From: Chitinophagales bacterium
GTDB lineage: Bacteria > Bacteroidota > Bacteroidia > Chitinophagales > LD1
NCBI GenBank assembly: GCA_044360745.1
Contig: JBIKJU010000003.1
Location: 1 to 33,003 of the forward strand
DNA: 33,003 nt
Direction: 5' to 3'
Position 1 is the stretch's first letter; each line of letters begins with the position of its first letter. The position numbers and the translations under genes are program-made. A model generated the notes under the pieces. It ran no database searches and was not told the DNA's origin. It was given only the letters and a program-made list of their open reading frames with translations. Below, piece by piece: positions 1 to 7,645 of this stretch.

Positions 1-174
1 TCGGAATATTCGGGTGAAGTAAGCAGTGTGATTATCCCTCCTGCTCGAGTGAGATATTTGTCAGAAATAGCAGAATCGATAGAGCAGTATGACACATGGG
101 TAAACGAACAAAGTGATATAGCTAGAAAGTTATATCAGCTAAAAGGTGCGATGGCAATACTAAATGAAAAATAA
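1..174 (+). CDS. icmF: Upstream part (linker region) of IcmF-type fused acyl-CoA mutase; 5'-truncated by the window, ends at in-frame TAA 172-174
   Basis: Frame +1 is open from base 1: SEYSGEVSSVIIPPARVRYLSEIAESIEQYDTWVNEQSDIARKLYQLKGAMAILNEK*. IIPPxRxRYLSEIAE matches the IcmF linker as I recall it. Same frame as 181..2097. Not in the ORF track. Confidence 0.8.
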   Translation, partial: SEYSGEVSSVIIPPARVRYLSEIAESIEQYDTWVNEQSDIARKLYQLKGAMAILNEK

Positions 175-180
175 GCAGTA

Positions 181-2097
181 ATGGAAAAACTACAATCAAA
201 ACACACAGAACTCGAGCTAAAGCTTCATCCCGACTGTAAAAAACTTTTGGAACAATGGGAAGAAAAGAAAAGGGAATATAGTCAAGATACATTTGGCTTT
301 CAGGTACGTGATAAAGTGATTCAACTCCCTTTTGTTTATTATTCCTTAAGCGGATTGGGTATACGAAAAGTATATCTCCCAAGATATAGTGATCTAGGAG
401 ATATTTTAAAATGGCAATTGCAAGAAAATGTGCCTGGGGAGTTTCCTTATACAGCTGGAGTTTTTCCGCTCAAAAGAGATGGCGAAGACCCTACGCGAAT
501 GTTTGCTGGGGAGGGCGGTCCGGAGCGCACCAACAAACGTTTTCACTATGTGTCACTTGGGCAACCAGCTCATCGTCTCTCTACGGCCTTTGATAGTGTG
601 ACACTCTACGGAAACGACCCTGACCACCGACCTGATATCTACGGAAAAATCGGCAATAGCGGAGTGAGCATAGCCACAGTAGATGATGCTAAAAAGCTGT
701 ATAGCGGTTTTGATCTATGTAGCCCCAAAACCTCAGTGAGTATGACTATCAATGGGCCTGCTCCGATATTGTTGGCGTTTTTTATGAATGCGGCTATAGA
801 TCAAGAGTGCGAAAAATATATTCAGGAAAATAAAACAGAAAGTCAACGCTTAAACAATAATAATTTGCCAAAATACAATGGCAACTTACCAGAAGGAAAT
901 AATGGATTAGGGTTAAGTCTATTAGGGTTGAGTGGTAGCGATGTGCTGCCAGCAGAGGTCTATCAAACGCTGAAAGCAAAAGCTTTACAGTCTGTAAGGG
1001 GCACTGTGCAAGCCGATATTTTGAAAGAAGACCAAGCTCAAAACACCTGTATTTTTAGTACAGAATTTTCGCTCAAACTTATGGGCGATGTACAACAATA
1101 TTTTATAGACCAAAAGGTAAAAAACTTTTATTCGGTAAGCATAAGCGGCTATCATATAGCGGAGGCTGGAGCTAATCCTATCACTCAATTAGCCTTTACG
1201 CTAGCCAATGGATTTACGTATGTAGAGTACTACCTAAGCAGAGGAATGAATATTGATGATTTTGCATCTAACCTTTCTTTCTTTTTCAGCAATGGTATGG
1301 ATCCTGAATATGCTGTAATAGGCCGTGTAGCTAGACGTATCTGGGCAAAAGCGATGAAGTACAAATACAAAGCCAATGAGCGAAGTCAAAAATTAAAATA
1401 TCATATTCAAACATCAGGGCGAAGCTTACACGCTCAAGAGATAGATTTTAATGACATACGTACTACTCTACAGGCTTTATATGCGCTCTACGACAACTGC
1501 AACTCCCTCCACACAAACGCTTATGATGAGGCTATTACCACTCCTACCGAAGAAAGTGTGCGAAGAGCTATGGCCATACAGCTCATTATTAATAGAGAAC
1601 TCGGTACAAACAAAAACGAAAATCCAAATCAAGGATCGTTTTTGATTGAAGAATTGACAGACCTTGTAGAAGAAGCGGTGTTACTTGAGTTTAAACGGCT
1701 TACTGACCGTGGTGGTGTGCTAGGGGCGATGGAGCGTATGTATCAGCGAAATAAAATACAAGAAGAAAGTATGCACTACGAACACCTCAAACATACTGGC
1801 GAATATCCGATAGTAGGGGTGAATACCTTTTTGAGCAAAGATGGCTCTCCGACTATCATTCCTGGCGAAGTTATTCGATCTACGGAAGAAGAAAAACAAT
1901 TTCAAATTAATACATTAAATGCTTTTAAAGAAAGACATAAAGAAAAAAGCTCTGCTGCGCTAAAACGCCTACAAGAGGTAGCTCGAAAAGATGGTAATTT
2001 GTTTGAGGAGCTAATGGAAACCGTGAAGGTATGCTCACTTGGACAAATCACTCAAGCGCTTTTTGATGTGGGAGGGCAGTATAGGAGGAGTATGTGA
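181..2097 (+). CDS. icmF: Methylmalonyl-/isobutyryl-CoA mutase family protein, C-terminal part of IcmF (rest of linker plus substrate-binding TIM barrel)
   Basis: Motifs [74 protein letters not shown] and C-terminal GGQYRRSM typical of IcmF. Confidence 0.9.
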   Translation: MEKLQSKHTELELKLHPDCKKLLEQWEEKKREYSQDTFGFQVRDKVIQLPFVYYSLSGLGIRKVYLPRYSDLGDILKWQLQENVPGEFPYTAGVFPLKRDGEDPTRMFAGEGGPERTNKRFHYVSLGQPAHRLSTAFDSVTLYGNDPDHRPDIYGKIGNSGVSIATVDDAKKLYSGFDLCSPKTSVSMTINGPAPILLAFFMNAAIDQECEKYIQENKTESQRLNNNNLPKYNGNLPEGNNGLGLSLLGLSGSDVLPAEVYQTLKAKALQSVRGTVQADILKEDQAQNTCIFSTEFSLKLMGDVQQYFIDQKVKNFYSVSISGYHIAEAGANPITQLAFTLANGFTYVEYYLSRGMNIDDFASNLSFFFSNGMDPEYAVIGRVARRIWAKAMKYKYKANERSQKLKYHIQTSGRSLHAQEIDFNDIRTTLQALYALYDNCNSLHTNAYDEAITTPTEESVRRAMAIQLIINRELGTNKNENPNQGSFLIEELTDLVEEAVLLEFKRLTDRGGVLGAMERMYQRNKIQEESMHYEHLKHTGEYPIVGVNTFLSKDGSPTIIPGEVIRSTEEEKQFQINTLNAFKERHKEKSSAALKRLQEVARKDGNLFEELMETVKVCSLGQITQALFDVGGQYRRSM

Positions 2098-2303
2098 TGT
2101 TAGATTTTTAGATTATTGGATATTAGATTGCTTCGTTTTTGGATGTAGGTTATAATAAAAAGTTAGAGAAGAAATATGATTTGATCTTTTATTTAAGTAT
2201 GTGAATTTTAATAGAAAACAAACGTAGGTCATAAAGAAATGAATGGTTCGGTGAAAGCAATAACTGTAAAAAATTGAGATGAAATTAAATTCTTTTTTAT
2301 CTT

Positions 2304-2311
2304 TAGATTTG
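2304..2311 (+). promoter_or_regulatory. Bacteroidota sigma-70 -7 element (TAGATTTG)
   Basis: Matches TAnnTTTG, about 125 nt upstream of ATG 2436. Confidence 0.45.
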
Positions 2312-2344
2312 ACAGACCTAACAGAACTCATCGAAATACGGAGC

Positions 2345-2397
2345 GTGAAAGAATTTGTTGTTGGTGATAACACCAACAACGGCTAAATTTTCTTCAC
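2345..2397 (+). other. Long stem-loop in the putative 5' leader of the 2436 gene
   Basis: Perfect 10-bp inner stem GTTGTTGGTG (2357-2366)/CACCAACAAC (2371-2380) with ATAA loop. Outer stem GTGAAAGAATTT (2345-2356)/AAATTTTCTTCAC (2385-2397) with one bulge and one G-U pair. Confidence 0.7.
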
Positions 2398-2435
2398 AGG
2401 TAGGGGTTATTCTACATTTAAAAACTACAAAGAGC

Positions 2436-2846
2436 ATGATAAAAACAACACCGACAAAGATTAACACGGGAGAAAAAATTGATCGCCTGACTAATATAGA
2501 GAAGCTCCTAGAAGCTTTTTGTAAAATGGATATAGATACCATTGAAGAACTCCTTGATGAAAACCTAGAACACGAAGTGGGAGGTAATAAATACAATCTT
2601 ATTAACCAAGTCAACGAACATTTTAAAAAAATAAAGAAACAACGGTGTACCAGACTTATTGCGGTTCCTGGTAACTGCAAGGGTTGTCGAAATGGTACTT
2701 TGGGATATCGTTTTGAGGATAACAAAACAAAAGAGAGAATTACCTATATTATTATTGAAACGGAAAACGGTAAATTTAACCTATCCGACTGCAGCGCATT
2801 TCATGTATGTGGCGAACCAGTACCCGAAACATGCTTTCCATTCTGA
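2436..2846 (+). CDS. Hypothetical Cys-rich protein (136 aa)
   Basis: ATG 2436 in an A-rich context is preferred over the TTG at 2355, which lies inside the hairpin. Contains MDIDTIEELLD, a CKGC motif and 7 Cys in total. Confidence 0.7.
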   Translation: MIKTTPTKINTGEKIDRLTNIEKLLEAFCKMDIDTIEELLDENLEHEVGGNKYNLINQVNEHFKKIKKQRCTRLIAVPGNCKGCRNGTLGYRFEDNKTKERITYIIIETENGKFNLSDCSAFHVCGEPVPETCFPF

Positions 2847-2966
2847 CAAGATGATATAAACGCGGTCTTATTCCTTCATCGCAGCCGCTAACGACTCACG
2901 AATGAACAATAAAATGGCTTCTTGCCATTAATAACAAAATTTTTTATCCTATCTTTGAGAAAGTGA

Positions 2967-3176
2967 ATGGATATGATAAATAGAAAAAAAAGCGAGATGC
3001 TTGATCTAAACTTACTCGCAAAGAGAAAGCAAGGTCGTAAGTTTTGGATAATTTTCAAACTTTCTGAAGACTATGAGGCCTCTGATCACCATAAGATAAA
3101 TAACTATGCCAAAAAAATTGAGGCAAAAATGTTATTCATTGGGTATGATAGTTTTAAAACTAAAATACTTTTCTGA
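2967..3176 (+). CDS. Hypothetical small basic protein (69 aa)
   Basis: ORF preceded by TATCTTTG (-7 element, 2950-2957). No recognisable motif. Confidence 0.45.
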   Translation: MDMINRKKSEMLDLNLLAKRKQGRKFWIIFKLSEDYEASDHHKINNYAKKIEAKMLFIGYDSFKTKILF

Positions 3177-3242
3177 TATTAAAATATTTATATACTCAAT
3201 TTAAAAATCCAGCAAATATTAGGCCTTTTTAATAAATAGAAC

Positions 3243-3563
3243 ATGAAAAAAACAATAGAAAAAATTATGCGGATATGGACCTCGTTTGGGTTACAACCTA
3301 ATGAGAAAAGAATAGGTATCATACTCTTGGTTCCACCTATAATCAGTGTACTGGCATTTATAATAACCTTTTTTACAGCATATAATCCACTATCAAATTT
3401 TGAGTATGCAGATCAATGGACGGGCCAAGCGAATGAGGGCGGCTATTCTTCTGCTCTGCCTAATTACTTTGGATTGATGGCAATAGCTGGCGCTTATTTA
3501 ATTAGAAATAGTTTTAGAAACGATTTTTTACTAAAGAGATTGGTTGAATTAGAAAAAAAATAG
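3243..3563 (+). CDS. Hypothetical membrane protein (2 TM segments); probably the 5' half of a frameshifted gene 3243..3811
   Basis: Hydrophobic segments IGIILLVPPIISVLAFIITFF and YFGLMAIAGAYLI. Ends GAA AAA AAA TAG at an A8 tract. Confidence 0.7.
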   Translation: MKKTIEKIMRIWTSFGLQPNEKRIGIILLVPPIISVLAFIITFFTAYNPLSNFEYADQWTGQANEGGYSSALPNYFGLMAIAGAYLIRNSFRNDFLLKRLVELEKK

Positions 3564-3604
3564 CAGAAAAGGAAGTATCACACATTTCTGAAGCTGATTT
3601 AAAC

Positions 3605-3811
3605 GTGGCAAGTTTGAACGATAAACCTACTCATCACACCTACGAGTTGCTTGGCGAAAGTAGCACAGCTTTTCAAGTGAAAAGACAAGACAGAGGTACA
3701 CCTCAAGTTTTTACCAAAGCTACCTTTCAAGCTCTATTAGCAGAGGGTCGGCTTGAAATAATTGATGACTATACTTTTAAGGTAAAGACTGATGAGAATT
3801 GGCCTTTATAA
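3605..3811 (+). CDS. Hypothetical protein; probably the 3' half of the frameshifted gene 3243..3811
   Basis: GTG start. This frame is open back to 3548, across the A8 tract (..KKIAEKEVSHISEADLNVASLNDKP..). Confidence 0.55.
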   Translation: MASLNDKPTHHTYELLGESSTAFQVKRQDRGTPQVFTKATFQALLAEGRLEIIDDYTFKVKTDENWPL

Positions 3812-3821
3812 AAGCTCCGTT

Positions 3822-3847
3822 ACCGCCATGCTCTGCATGGTGGTTTT
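3822..3847 (+). terminator. Hairpin plus T-tract (intrinsic terminator or REP-like palindrome)
   Basis: ACCGCCATGC-TCT-GCATGGTGGT followed by TTT, 10 nt after the stop at 3811. Confidence 0.55.
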
Positions 3848-4153
3848 AAAAATTTAATACATCACTAACATTCATATACCATAAGAACGCCCAATAGGCT
3901 AGCTAAAAGGTAATGTTATGATTCTGCCACTTGACCTGACTCTACAGAAATACCAAAAGAATATTTCTTGTTCATTTGTTTACCTCCTTGCAAAGCATGG
4001 AGAGAAAAAAAATGAAGATTAATCAACTTTGTGATACCCCTCCTTCACTTATCAAAACCATACGTTCACAGAAAAACCAATCCATATTTATTTTTTGTAA
4101 GTATGTTTTTGTTTATTCATATGATTATCACACAAAACTTAATTAACCAAAAA

Positions 4154-5596
4154 ATGAAAAACCGTTTTACCTCTCTTTTATTGCTGCTTGTTGTTGCGAT
4201 TTCTGCACAAGCTCAATTAGTTTCCTACACTCTACAGCAGAGTTTTACAAAATCTCAGCTTGATAGTTTTTTAGCAACTACTGGTTTTGCGTTACCCGTA
4301 ACCCCGCAGTATGACATTGATGTCTATAAAGTTATTTACAAAACTCCCTACAAAAATATAGACTCTTTGGTCAATGTATCTGGAATAGTAGTTATTCCCC
4401 AAAATACTCCTTGTCCTAGTGCATTAGGATGCTATGCGCACGGCACTTTTTCAAGACGAGTAGAAGTTCCAAGCTTACAAGGTGCAGAGCGTCCCATTGG
4501 TTTCTTTTTTGCAGGTATCGGAGGTGTAGTCACAGCTATGCCAGACGAGCTGGGACTCGGTGATAGTGATACCTCAGTTATCATTCACCCATATGTCAAT
4601 TATTTCCATTCAGGATATGCAGCGGTAAACATCATGCGGGCTGCGCGCGAACTTTGCACCACTTTGTCTAAGCCGCTTAGTGGAGAAGTAGTTCTCACGG
4701 GCTATTCGCAGGGTGGATATACAACTATGGCTATCAATAAAATGATACAAGAAAACTTTTCATCTGAGTTTAACATCAAGGCTAGTTCTCCTATGTCTGG
4801 GCCATATGATTTGAAAAAAACGATGGTTGATGTTATGCTTTCAAACGACACCTTTTCTTCTCCAAGCTATCTTCCATATTTGCTATTGGGTCATCATTCA
4901 GTTTCCCCATTGCTACAACAGCGATATCCTACACCTTCTCATATTTTTAAAAGTCCATATGACACCCTGATTCCTACACTTTTTTATAGTAAAATTCGGT
5001 CTACTGGATACATTGATCAGTTTTGTAATCCTGTGCCAAGAAGAATGATATTGGACTCTGTGATTACAGCTTTTGAAAACGATACTCTTCATCCGTTTAG
5101 GGTTGTTTTGGCAGAAAACGACCTGATGGGTTGGACACCTCAAAATTCTGTTTTTATTCACTATTGCACTTTAGATGAACAAGTCACCTATCTCAATGCT
5201 GTAAGAGCAGACACTGCATGGAGAAGAAATGGAGCGCCAGATATTCAAATTCAAAATCATGGCCCTCGAACACACGGAGGCTGTGTGCAACCTGCGCTCA
5301 CATCTACTGTAGTATTCTTGCTATCCAAACTATCTGTATGCAATAGTATTTTAGAATCTGAGCCTTTCTTGTTTTCGTTATATCCAAATCCTGCAAACGA
5401 TATTTTGTCGTTACAATCAGAAATTGAAAACGCTCAAATTTCACTTTTTGACATCAATGGTAAAATCGTTTTCAGTAAGATAATGACAACTAATAGTGAA
5501 GAACTAGATGTCAAAAAACTTGAAAGAGGTCTTTATATCATAGAACTCAAAAATGATGTTGGACATTCGGCAAAAAAGAAGTTTGTTCGCTTTTAG
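4154..5596 (+). CDS. Secreted alpha/beta hydrolase (secretory lipase-like) with T9SS type A C-terminal sorting domain
   Basis: Signal peptide MKNRFTSLLLLLVVAISAQA-Q from ATG 4154. YAHGT oxyanion region, GYSQGG nucleophile elbow, DEQV and a later His (THGG). CTD LYPNPANDILSL...GLYIIEL...KKKFVRF. Confidence 0.85.
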   Translation: MKNRFTSLLLLLVVAISAQAQLVSYTLQQSFTKSQLDSFLATTGFALPVTPQYDIDVYKVIYKTPYKNIDSLVNVSGIVVIPQNTPCPSALGCYAHGTFSRRVEVPSLQGAERPIGFFFAGIGGVVTAMPDELGLGDSDTSVIIHPYVNYFHSGYAAVNIMRAARELCTTLSKPLSGEVVLTGYSQGGYTTMAINKMIQENFSSEFNIKASSPMSGPYDLKKTMVDVMLSNDTFSSPSYLPYLLLGHHSVSPLLQQRYPTPSHIFKSPYDTLIPTLFYSKIRSTGYIDQFCNPVPRRMILDSVITAFENDTLHPFRVVLAENDLMGWTPQNSVFIHYCTLDEQVTYLNAVRADTAWRRNGAPDIQIQNHGPRTHGGCVQPALTSTVVFLLSKLSVCNSILESEPFLFSLYPNPANDILSLQSEIENAQISLFDINGKIVFSKIMTTNSEELDVKKLERGLYIIELKNDVGHSAKKKFVRF

Positions 5597-5693
5597 ATTT
5601 TAAATGATACGACTAATAAATGTATGCCTTGCGCTTTTTTAGTGAATTATCCTCTTTGAGACTCCATTTCCTTTCTTACATTTGTTACAAATC

Positions 5694-6398
5694 ATGTCAT
5701 CTAAATCTGCTTTGTATATTATCCCAACCTTTTTGAGTGAAGTAGGTATGCCTTCTCTTGTAGATGCGAATATGACTATCATAAACGACCTTTCAATTTT
5801 CATAGTTGAAAATCTTCGAACAGCTCGTAGACACCTAAGAGCTATGGGTTACACCAAAAATTTCGACACGGAGGTTACTTTTTTAGAGTGGGACAAACAT
5901 GCCAAAAACCCGATTTCGCAATGGTTTAAACAAATAGAAAAGAAGCCAGTAGGGCTTCTGAGCGAATGTGGTACACCCTGTGTAGCAGATCCAGGCTTTC
6001 AGGTAGTGAAAGTAGCCCATATGTTAAGTATACCAGTGTTTCCTCTTGTTGGGCCCAATGCTATTTTATTAGCCCTCATGGGTTCGGGGTTTAGTGGACA
6101 AAACTTTACCTTTCACGGTTATTTGCCTATCACTCCAGTTGAACGAAAAAAAATGATCAAACAGCTTGAGGATATCAGCCGAAAAACTGGATACACACAG
6201 CTTTTTATGGAAACGCCATTTAGGAATGATGCTACACTTAAAGATATTTTCGCATCGCTCAATGATGCTACTTTTTTGAGTGTGGCTTGCGACCTTACTT
6301 TGCCTACACAAACTATTATAACACAGACCATTGCTCAATGGAAAAAATCAACAATTAGTTTTAATAAACGTTATTGTATATATTCGATTGGAAATTAA
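5694..6398 (+). CDS. SAM-dependent tetrapyrrole-methylase family protein (RsmI-like)
   Basis: LYIIPT, IVENLRTARR, GLLSECGTPCVADPG, LVGPNAILLALMGSG, FTFHGYLP, FMETPFRN. TACATTTG -7 element at 5677-5684 supports ATG 5694. Confidence 0.85.
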   Translation: MSSKSALYIIPTFLSEVGMPSLVDANMTIINDLSIFIVENLRTARRHLRAMGYTKNFDTEVTFLEWDKHAKNPISQWFKQIEKKPVGLLSECGTPCVADPGFQVVKVAHMLSIPVFPLVGPNAILLALMGSGFSGQNFTFHGYLPITPVERKKMIKQLEDISRKTGYTQLFMETPFRNDATLKDIFASLNDATFLSVACDLTLPTQTIITQTIAQWKKSTISFNKRYCIYSIGN

Positions 6399-6409
6399 AT
6401 TAAAACACC

Positions 6410-7162
6410 ATGAATACGCTCAAAGACTTATTGTATAGAATGGCAGATGACGCACTAATTTTAGGTCATCGAAATTCTGAATGGACAGGCATAGGGCCAA
6501 TACTTGAAGAGGACTTAGCTTTCTCTTCAATGGCACAAGACAAGATTGGTCACGCTTTCGCGCTATATAATCTGCTTCACACTCATGCCGGAGAGGCTGA
6601 TCCAGACACCTTAGGTTTCAAGAGAAAAGAAAACGAGTTTAAGTGTTGTCAGTTTGTAGAACTTCCAATAGGAGAATATGATTTTAGTTTAATACGTCAT
6701 TTTTTATTTGACCATGCTGAGTTGTTGCGGTATGAATTTCTCACCCAATCTTCATTTCAGCCATTAGCCCAGCTCGCAAAAAAAATAAAAGGAGAAGTGA
6801 AGTATCATGTGATGCATGCCGATACTTGGGTTATTCAGCTCTCAAATGGTACCGAAGAAAGCAAAGCGCGAATGCAGTCTGCTCTAAATGATTGTTTGCC
6901 ATATGCTTTAGCTATTTTTGAAAAAACAGAGGCTGAAGCCGAAATCATTAGCGAAGGGCTTTTTGTAGGAGAAGATGAGCTAAAAAAAGCATGGCTAAAT
7001 AGTATTTCACCAATACTCGAAAAAGCCAAATTAAGCTTGCCCGAAATAAAAGAGGAAAAGATAAAGTATGGTGGTAGAAAAGCTTATCACAGCGAGTATT
7101 TATCTCCTCTTATCGCAGAAATGACAGAAGTAGTAAACATAGACCCCGATGCCGAATGGTAA
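6410..7162 (+). CDS. paaC: 1,2-phenylacetyl-CoA epoxidase subunit C
   Basis: ADDALILGHRNSEW, PILEEDLAFSSMAQD, KIKGEVKYH, C-terminal DPDAEW. Confidence 0.92.
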   Translation: MNTLKDLLYRMADDALILGHRNSEWTGIGPILEEDLAFSSMAQDKIGHAFALYNLLHTHAGEADPDTLGFKRKENEFKCCQFVELPIGEYDFSLIRHFLFDHAELLRYEFLTQSSFQPLAQLAKKIKGEVKYHVMHADTWVIQLSNGTEESKARMQSALNDCLPYALAIFEKTEAEAEIISEGLFVGEDELKKAWLNSISPILEKAKLSLPEIKEEKIKYGGRKAYHSEYLSPLIAEMTEVVNIDPDAEW

Positions 7163-7641
7163 TCACTACAGATGAAATTTTAGAGATTTTAAAACATGTA
7201 AAAGACCCGGAAATACCGGTATTGTCGGTAGTTGATATGGGAATTATTTCTGCCATTCAAATTGAAAACAACAGGGTACAAGTTTCGATGACTCCTACTT
7301 TTGTGGGGTGTCCAGCCATAGACATGATTAAAAACAACATTCACAAAGCGCTCACCGATGCTAGTATTGAAAATGTTAGTGTTTTGGTAGACCTCGAGAC
7401 CCCTTGGAACAGCGATAAAATGACAGCCGAAGCTAAAGAGAAGCTAGAAAAATTTGGCATAGCACCTCCTACTACAGCCAAAGGAGAGCTTACTTTAGAA
7501 ATGCTCGATAGAGTAAGGTGCCCGCACTGTCATTCTACTGACACCACACTCAATTCACCATTTGGTTCTACTTTATGTCGGGCTATTCGATTTTGTTTTT
7601 CATGCAAACAAGGATTTGAGCAGTTTAAACCTGTAGTATAA
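7156..7641 (+). CDS. paaD: 1,2-phenylacetyl-CoA epoxidase subunit D (DUF59 plus Zn ribbon)
   Basis: VKDPEIPVLSVVDMG, TPTFVGCPA, FGIAPP, CPHCHS, FGSTLCRA, CFSCKQGFEQFK. Overlaps the paaC stop. Confidence 0.92.
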   Translation: MVITTDEILEILKHVKDPEIPVLSVVDMGIISAIQIENNRVQVSMTPTFVGCPAIDMIKNNIHKALTDASIENVSVLVDLETPWNSDKMTAEAKEKLEKFGIAPPTTAKGELTLEMLDRVRCPHCHSTDTTLNSPFGSTLCRAIRFCFSCKQGFEQFKPVV

Positions 7642-7645
7642 TATC

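Noticed and set aside
172-174. Genome-wide reassignment of TAA (alternative genetic code) to explain the in-frame stops
   Set aside because: TAA is the normal terminator of acpP, fabF, fabH, paaC, paaD, hup, nadE and others, at their expected C-termini.
2096-2150. Degenerate ~8-nt periodic repeats (TTAGATTT/TTAGATTA/TTGGATAT/TTAGATTG) after icmF
   Set aside because: Short, low-complexity and without unique spacers, so not a CRISPR array. Such repeats are common in Bacteroidota intergenic DNA.
2320-2420. SAM-I riboswitch reading of the 2436 leader
   Set aside because: Only vague word similarity. The conserved core (ATCnAGA..GAGGGA..GCAACC..GTGC) is absent.
3918-4022. 34-codon ORF (MILPLDLTLQKY...) overlapping the second REP-like palindrome
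   Set aside because: Short, with no motif or promoter support; probably chance.
4031-4153. Longer 5' extensions given in the ORF track (4031; likewise 2355, 5682, 13562 and 17296)
   Set aside because: Downstream ATGs (4154, 2436, 5694, 13571, 17233) fit signal peptides, A-rich start contexts or -7 promoter positions better.
6410-7641. paaC-paaD without paaA/paaB/paaE as a novel system
   Set aside because: paa genes are often dispersed in Bacteroidota. The other subunits probably lie outside this window.
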